From: Bdellovibrionota bacterium
GTDB taxonomy: Bacteria; Bdellovibrionota_C; UBA2361; CALJRW01
Direction of reading: 5' to 3'
Assembly (NCBI GenBank): GCA_041740355.1
Contig: JBGSMD010000046.1
Span: forward strand, 32,001-96,000
Length of the DNA: 64,000 nt
Each line of letters starts with the position of its first letter. Position 1 is the first letter of the stretch. Below, in pieces: positions 59,055 through 64,000 of this stretch. A program made the position numbers and the translations under genes. Below the pieces are notes generated by a model that worked only from the letters and a program-made list of their open reading frames with translations, searched no databases and was not told where the DNA came from.

Positions 59055-60026
59055 TTAAAGCTGTTTCTTTAATTTCTTCAAATGATCACGACAAATTGAC
59101 TTCAAGTCAATGTTAGTCCCGAAAAGCTGTCGGTCAATTCTTTCTTGAACATATTGTAATAAGGAGGTTTTTTCGGAAATCTTTTCAACTTGTTCCCAAT
59201 ATTCAATTACATCTTCTAAGTATTCAGTAATATTGTAAGCACGGCTACCAGCATCATAAATAGTGCACCGCTCCAGTGGGTATAAAGGATTTTCTTTTTG
59301 AGACTCAATGAACTCTGGAGCCATTGTTGCCCCCAGGCGAATTAAATCTGTCCCATCAAATTTAATTTGGTATGGAGTATCTTTATCCGCTACTGCAAAA
59401 ATTCCTTCCAAGAAAATAATATTAATTTTCTTAATTTTTAAAGTGAGGTGATATTTCTGGAAAAGATCTTCGCAGATCTCAATTGTTCTTGGTCCACCAA
59501 TTGTAAAGAAAGTAACTTCGGAGATTTGATGTTGTTTGCTGGCAGCATAATTAAAAACTACATCGAGCCCATGGTAAAGACTAGTTCCCGTTGCTACCAC
59601 ATCACCAAAAACTAATTGGTTAATAGGGTGTAAATCAATTTTCTTGTAACTATCTTCGGTAATAATCCAACTGTTGTCTTTAGCTTGTTGTCTTTGGGCA
59701 CTGATAAAAATAGAGGAATGTTTATTAAAGCCTAAGGACTCATGGAGCGCATCGCGCAAACCAAAATTTAATCCACCACGAAGTATATTTAAAACTACAG
59801 TTTGACCTTCTTGGTAATTAGCTAATTTTAAATCAGTAAGCGTTTTAAAAGTCTTGGCGCAAGCTTTCTTTAACTTGTCAGTATATTCCATTCCAAAAAC
59901 TAAGGGATTATTGCAAATCGCCTGACTCTCGGGAGTTGAGAAAATGTAAGTATTCAGAAAATCTTTAGAGTGCTCTAGAGATTGGTAGAGGCTAGCTTCG
60001 GGGGAAATAAATAGTTTCTTTAACAT
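59055..60026 (-). CDS. Divergent UPRTase-like phosphoribosyltransferase
   Basis: LNILRGGLNF and PRPP-loop-like FGDVVATGTS. Confidence 0.75.
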   Translation of the reverse strand: MLKKLFISPEASLYQSLEHSKDFLNTYIFSTPESQAICNNPLVFGMEYTDKLKKACAKTFKTLTDLKLANYQEGQTVVLNILRGGLNFGLRDALHESLGFNKHSSIFISAQRQQAKDNSWIITEDSYKKIDLHPINQLVFGDVVATGTSLYHGLDVVFNYAASKQHQISEVTFFTIGGPRTIEICEDLFQKYHLTLKIKKINIIFLEGIFAVADKDTPYQIKFDGTDLIRLGATMAPEFIESQKENPLYPLERCTIYDAGSRAYNITEYLEDVIEYWEQVEKISEKTSLLQYVQERIDRQLFGTNIDLKSICRDHLKKLKKQL

Positions 60027-60340
60027 GTAGAATTTTTTAAACGAATTATATTCTTTAGAACTTTGCGTAATGCTTAATTACTATATGAAAAAATTTACAA
60101 TTAGGAAACTTATCCAAAATAAAATCGTAGGTTAGGCATATATACTAGGCGATATTATTATCATTATAATTTAGCCGCCTAGCATCTTAAGCACATTGTG
60201 CTTGAAGCGACCCCATGGGGGTAGAAAGGTTAATTACTTGAGAAACTAAATATACTAAAACCAGCGTAAACTTAAAATGCAGTTTGCCAAGCAGTACACT
60301 AAGGCCCTAATTGGTTTTAATAGAACCGAGAAAATTGCTT

Positions 60341-61717
60341 ATGCTAAATGTCATAATTATTGATTCTTCCGCCACAGAAAGACACTTTTGGCACCAAAAG
60401 GTCTCGACAAGTTTGCAAGATGTTGAACTTGTAAATTCTCGGGAGAGCTTGATGATTCCAAATGTTAGTTTAAATACCTTAGCTCCCGAGGAGATAAATT
60501 ACCATCAGCCAGCAAACTTATATCTGATAGGGGAGGAGTTAATCACACAACAGCCTGGATTGTTACACTGCCTTAAGGATAAAAATCCAAAGGCAGCAAT
60601 TATTGTGGTAGTTGGCGCAAGTAAAATAACATCATTGCCTCAACTGGAAAACCTAATAAGAAATGGAGTGGATGATTTAATATCCCCGGAAATCAGATCG
60701 CTCGAGCTTGTTATAAAATTGATTGTACAATCGCAAAAAATTGATAGTGGATCTATTGGAAAAATAATTTTAATTGAAAGTGCTAAAGGTGGACAAGGTG
60801 CCACTACAATCTGTGGTGCTATTGGGGAAGCTTTGGCCTTAACTAATCAAAGAATACTCTTAATCGACTTAGATTGTGATAGTCAGGATCTCAGTCGTTA
60901 CTTACAAGCGAGGCCATATTTTAATGAAAACTTAAGTGAAGTCTTAAGAGGTGATAAATTGCTGACAAAAGAAAGTTTTGCTGATTGCATAACAAGTATT
61001 AACCAGAACATCGCAGTGTCAGTATTGACTCCCGCAAACTTTGAAGATTATCAGAATCAGAAGATATTAACGCAGTTGATAAGCTTTGCAAGTCAGGAGT
61101 TTGATTATATCCTGATCGACGCTTCTTCCCAAAGAGTAAATGATTTAAATGTCTGGTATCGACTTTGTCGTGATCTAATTTTAATCGTTACCAATGACCC
61201 AGCTAGTTGCTTCTCTTCCATAATTAAACTGAAACAAATTTGTACAAAATTAACAAAAAAACAGCGAGTGCTATTACTAGAGAATCGACTAAATTCAAAA
61301 GGACTTAGTTCTAAGTCAGTTCGGCAACAAATCAGCTCTCAGATTATGTTAGAAGCTGACTGTTGGATTCAAAAAAATATTTCTTGGAGTTCAAGCGGCT
61401 ATTGTTGGCCGGCCTCTGGTAAAACATTTTATGGATTAAGTGGCAGTCATAATCAGCAAGCGCTAAAGAACTGTGTTGAATTATTAATGTATCAAGCTGA
61501 ACCGATCAGACTATTTAGTCGAGCTCCTTTAGTCTTTCCATTAGTATGGAATTACTTCAAGAATATTATTAATTCTTGTCAAAAACAGATTGTAGGGAAA
61601 AAAGTACTACTCGTTGAGCGGGGCCTTATTGAATTGCCACGAATTACTGATACGCCATGGGATGAGTCCTTACTAGATGACTCTCCTAGTGTGGGCATTA
61701 AAAATTTTAATTCTTAG
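60341..61717 (+). CDS. CpaE/TadZ-like protein: pseudo-receiver domain plus MinD/ParA-type ATPase
   Basis: Deviant Walker A SAKGGQGATT, LLIDLD, FDYILID; first gene of the Flp cluster. Confidence 0.78.
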   Translation: MLNVIIIDSSATERHFWHQKVSTSLQDVELVNSRESLMIPNVSLNTLAPEEINYHQPANLYLIGEELITQQPGLLHCLKDKNPKAAIIVVVGASKITSLPQLENLIRNGVDDLISPEIRSLELVIKLIVQSQKIDSGSIGKIILIESAKGGQGATTICGAIGEALALTNQRILLIDLDCDSQDLSRYLQARPYFNENLSEVLRGDKLLTKESFADCITSINQNIAVSVLTPANFEDYQNQKILTQLISFASQEFDYILIDASSQRVNDLNVWYRLCRDLILIVTNDPASCFSSIIKLKQICTKLTKKQRVLLLENRLNSKGLSSKSVRQQISSQIMLEADCWIQKNISWSSSGYCWPASGKTFYGLSGSHNQQALKNCVELLMYQAEPIRLFSRAPLVFPLVWNYFKNIINSCQKQIVGKKVLLVERGLIELPRITDTPWDESLLDDSPSVGIKNFNS

Positions 61718-61749
61718 AAATAAACTAGGAAAATTTATTGGAGAGAAAA

Positions 61750-61944
61750 ATGAAATTAAAATTAAAAGACACGAAAGGTTATGCATTGTTAGAATATAGT
61801 GCCGGAGCTGCAATTGTAGCAACAGTTCTATGGATAGCGATGGGTAATTTAGGAAGCGGGGTAGGTGGAATGTTAAATAGTATTGGGACATGGGCTCAGG
61901 GGCAAGCAGTAATTATTGATGATCAATTAAATCCAGTAGAATAG
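61750..61944 (+). CDS. Flp-type pilin
   Basis: Class III signal KG/YALLEY followed by a hydrophobic helix; GGAG RBS. Confidence 0.85.
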   Translation: MKLKLKDTKGYALLEYSAGAAIVATVLWIAMGNLGSGVGGMLNSIGTWAQGQAVIIDDQLNPVE

Positions 61945-61946
61945 TC

Positions 61947-62828
61947 ATGCAAAGAATAAGTCAAATACCCAGAAAAAATAAAAGTAATCTTTTGCTAATA
62001 TTGGGAATGTTGTTCCCATTGCTAGCGATCTTTGCAACTTTTATTCTTTACCAAAAGCAGCTGTTTCGCCCAGAAGTTATTACTCCGATATATGTCGCTG
62101 AGTATGACACAATTGAAGTCCCAGTTCCCGCTCAAATGGTTGCTGCGGGAACCCCTTTTCAAAAAATTATCTTAGAAAAAATTAAATATCCTAAACATCA
62201 ACTTCCAAGGATGGCGGTTTTAAATTCGGTTGAACTTCAAGGATTAGAAACGCTTGTTAGTCTTCCCGCGAAGATGCCACTTTTTAAAGAAAACTTTACG
62301 ACGGCTGGAAATAGTTTGAATCCAGTTATTGAAAGTATTCCAGCAGGAATGCGTGCAATGACAATCAAGGTGGATGCGACAAGCGCAGTCGAAGGTTGGG
62401 CTGGTTCTGGTTCCGTTGTCGATGTTCTATTGGTAGATAAAACACAGACTATTGTTATCGCAGAACATGTAAAAATTCTTTCTTCGGAAAGATCTGTTGC
62501 TCCCGTAGAAGGGCAAGTCGCTCCAAACGTTCCAAGTACTGTCACTTTGCTAGTTACGCAGGAACAATGTCTTAAAATTAACACTGCTATTCCTCGTGGT
62601 AAGATTGCTTTTGCACTACGAAGTTTTAGTGATCAAGATAGTTGGCAGGATCCAGTACTTACGGCTGCAAATTTAATGCAAATAAAAGGTGATGATTCTG
62701 AAGCTTCAGACGTTCAAGGTTATTTGGAAGTTGGTGACTCTGACGATCAAGATAAATACGTCTTTGTTAATGGAAAGTGGTTGAAAACTCCAGAGCGACC
62801 AAAGGGATTTTTTGTTGGAGGATCCTAA
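61947..62828 (+). CDS. cpaB: Flp pilus assembly protein CpaB/RcpC
   Basis: TM, SAF-like segment, IPAGMRAMTIKVD...V.G...GS.VDVL, TVTLLVT. Confidence 0.9.
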   Translation: MQRISQIPRKNKSNLLLILGMLFPLLAIFATFILYQKQLFRPEVITPIYVAEYDTIEVPVPAQMVAAGTPFQKIILEKIKYPKHQLPRMAVLNSVELQGLETLVSLPAKMPLFKENFTTAGNSLNPVIESIPAGMRAMTIKVDATSAVEGWAGSGSVVDVLLVDKTQTIVIAEHVKILSSERSVAPVEGQVAPNVPSTVTLLVTQEQCLKINTAIPRGKIAFALRSFSDQDSWQDPVLTAANLMQIKGDDSEASDVQGYLEVGDSDDQDKYVFVNGKWLKTPERPKGFFVGGS

Positions 62829-64000
62829 TGAAATTTGAGCATGGTGTAGAACAGGCCAGACTAGCAAATAAAATTTTTGCTCCCGCTTTGATTCAAGTCT
62901 TACAAAGTGTTCAAAGAGATATCTCCATTGCGTCAAATTCTGAATCACTTGGATTTAAAGAACTAAAGGTATTTATTGAATCTGCCGCAATGCAAAATGG
63001 CCTTAGTTTAAGCAGTTTTGAACAGGATCAATTATTAGCCTATTTAGAGAATAATAACCGCCCCTTTGGGATTCTGCAAGAGTTGATTGAAGATTCAGAG
63101 ATTAATGATCTGATCATTTCATCTTATGATAAAATTGAGATACAAAAAGGTAGGAAGAATTACAAAACAAATTTAAGTTTCCCTAGTCCAGAAAGCTATC
63201 ATGCCTTTGTGGAAAAAATTCTTAATAAATGTGGCACAAGCTATTCTCATAAATTACCAATCGTCGATGCCATGTTTTCATCTTGGGTTAGAATACATGC
63301 TGTCCATTCTAGTCTTGCCGAACATGGCCCCTATTTAACAATTCGAATCAATCGCCATGCTCAAATTCTGGTGGAAGATTTAATCGATATGTCTTTAGCT
63401 CCAATCGAAGTCTTTGATTACCTAAAGTTGATGATTCGTTCTGGGCAGACAATAATGGTTGCTGGAGAAGTCGGAAGTGGTAAAACTACTTTGGCTCGGG
63501 CTTTAGCTGCAAGTATTCCTAGTGAAGAATCAATTTTAGTTATTGAAGATACCCCCGAAATTCAATTAGCTCACCCCCATGCTAGGTATATCAGAACGCG
63601 AACAATTAATGCTGAAGGAGAAGGTCGAATTACTCCTTCAGAATGCATCCGTGCAGGAATGCGAATGGCCATGAATCGAATTGTTTTTGGCGAAATTCGA
63701 GATGCCGAATCTGCTGAAGCTTTTGTGGATGTCTGTGCCTCAGGTCATCCAGGTTTATCAACGGTCCACGCAAAAAGTGCAGGAGATGCTTTAGCACGTT
63801 TAGAATTATTTTTAGGTCGAGTTCAAAGGGGAGCAACTAAAGAAGTAATTGCCAAGCAATTAGCTAATTCTATTCAAGCTATTGTTTATTTGAGCGTTTG
63901 TAAGTTTAGCGGAAAGCGCAGAATTGTTGAGGTTCGTGAAATCTGTGGTCATGCGGATCAAGCTATTCGTCAAACCACAATTTTCAAGTATCAAAACATT
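62828..64000 (+). CDS. cpaF: Tad secretion ATPase CpaF/TadA (3' partial; absent from the ORF track)
   Basis: ATG overlaps the cpaB stop (TAATG); FGILQELIED..I.D, GEVGSGKTT, IEDTPE, MRM...RIVFGEIR, SGHPG.STVHA. Confidence 0.93.
   Translation, partial: MKFEHGVEQARLANKIFAPALIQVLQSVQRDISIASNSESLGFKELKVFIESAAMQNGLSLSSFEQDQLLAYLENNNRPFGILQELIEDSEINDLIISSYDKIEIQKGRKNYKTNLSFPSPESYHAFVEKILNKCGTSYSHKLPIVDAMFSSWVRIHAVHSSLAEHGPYLTIRINRHAQILVEDLIDMSLAPIEVFDYLKLMIRSGQTIMVAGEVGSGKTTLARALAASIPSEESILVIEDTPEIQLAHPHARYIRTRTINAEGEGRITPSECIRAGMRMAMNRIVFGEIRDAESAEAFVDVCASGHPGLSTVHAKSAGDALARLELFLGRVQRGATKEVIAKQLANSIQAIVYLSVCKFSGKRRIVEVREICGHADQAIRQTTIFKYQNI

Noticed and set aside
60170-60310. c-di-GMP riboswitch ahead of the Tad operon
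   Set aside because: Hairpins are present, but I could not find the class I or class II consensus; needs an Infernal search.
763-63836. Numerous 60-125 aa antisense or overlapping ORFs in the track (e.g. 763-1044, 6132-6509, 11350-11652, 22870-23169, 58217-58525, 62237-62584, 63630-63836)
   Set aside because: They overlap well-supported genes and show no recognisable motifs; treated as shadow ORFs.
1-64000. CRISPR array or cas genes
   Set aside because: No regularly spaced 25-40 bp direct repeats with unique spacers. The 25215-25307 repeats are short, degenerate and irregularly spaced.

Overview
AT-rich bacterial chromosomal window, about 60 CDS. Gene content (PilQ secretin, Tad/Flp pilus, lytic transglycosylases, lipoproteins) suggests a diderm, probably Bdellovibrionota/deltaproteobacteria-like; this is inference only. 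Core blocks are trxB-rluA-rnhA, mnmG, pilQ plus two lipoproteins, accBC, ffs(SRP RNA)-dnaX-ybaB-recR and tRNA-Asn. An accessory-looking stretch follows (about 20.4-41 kb), then an AttEFGH-like ABC/lipocalin operon, a photolyase locus, an oxidoreductase/ATP-grasp/IMPase operon, tadA, ftnA, a NUDIX-LOG-PRTase cluster and the start of a Tad pilus operon. No CRISPR array, rRNA, integrase or transposase was seen. The most unusual items are: (i) a 755-aa LOG-family protein split by a tandem ~109-aa insert and carrying a degenerate second LOG domain; (ii) at least eight ATAGT...ACTAT-bounded hairpin elements, one next to a dead lipoprotein gene and one overlapping the recR start codon; (iii) a four-way-junction element and a TSD-flanked MITE; (iv) GCCTGGCTC repeats bracketing an ORF6N gene; (v) three pseudogenes the ORF track misses or only partly captures; (vi) an A10G slippery site in dnaX. 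All family calls come from motif recognition by eye, not database searches.
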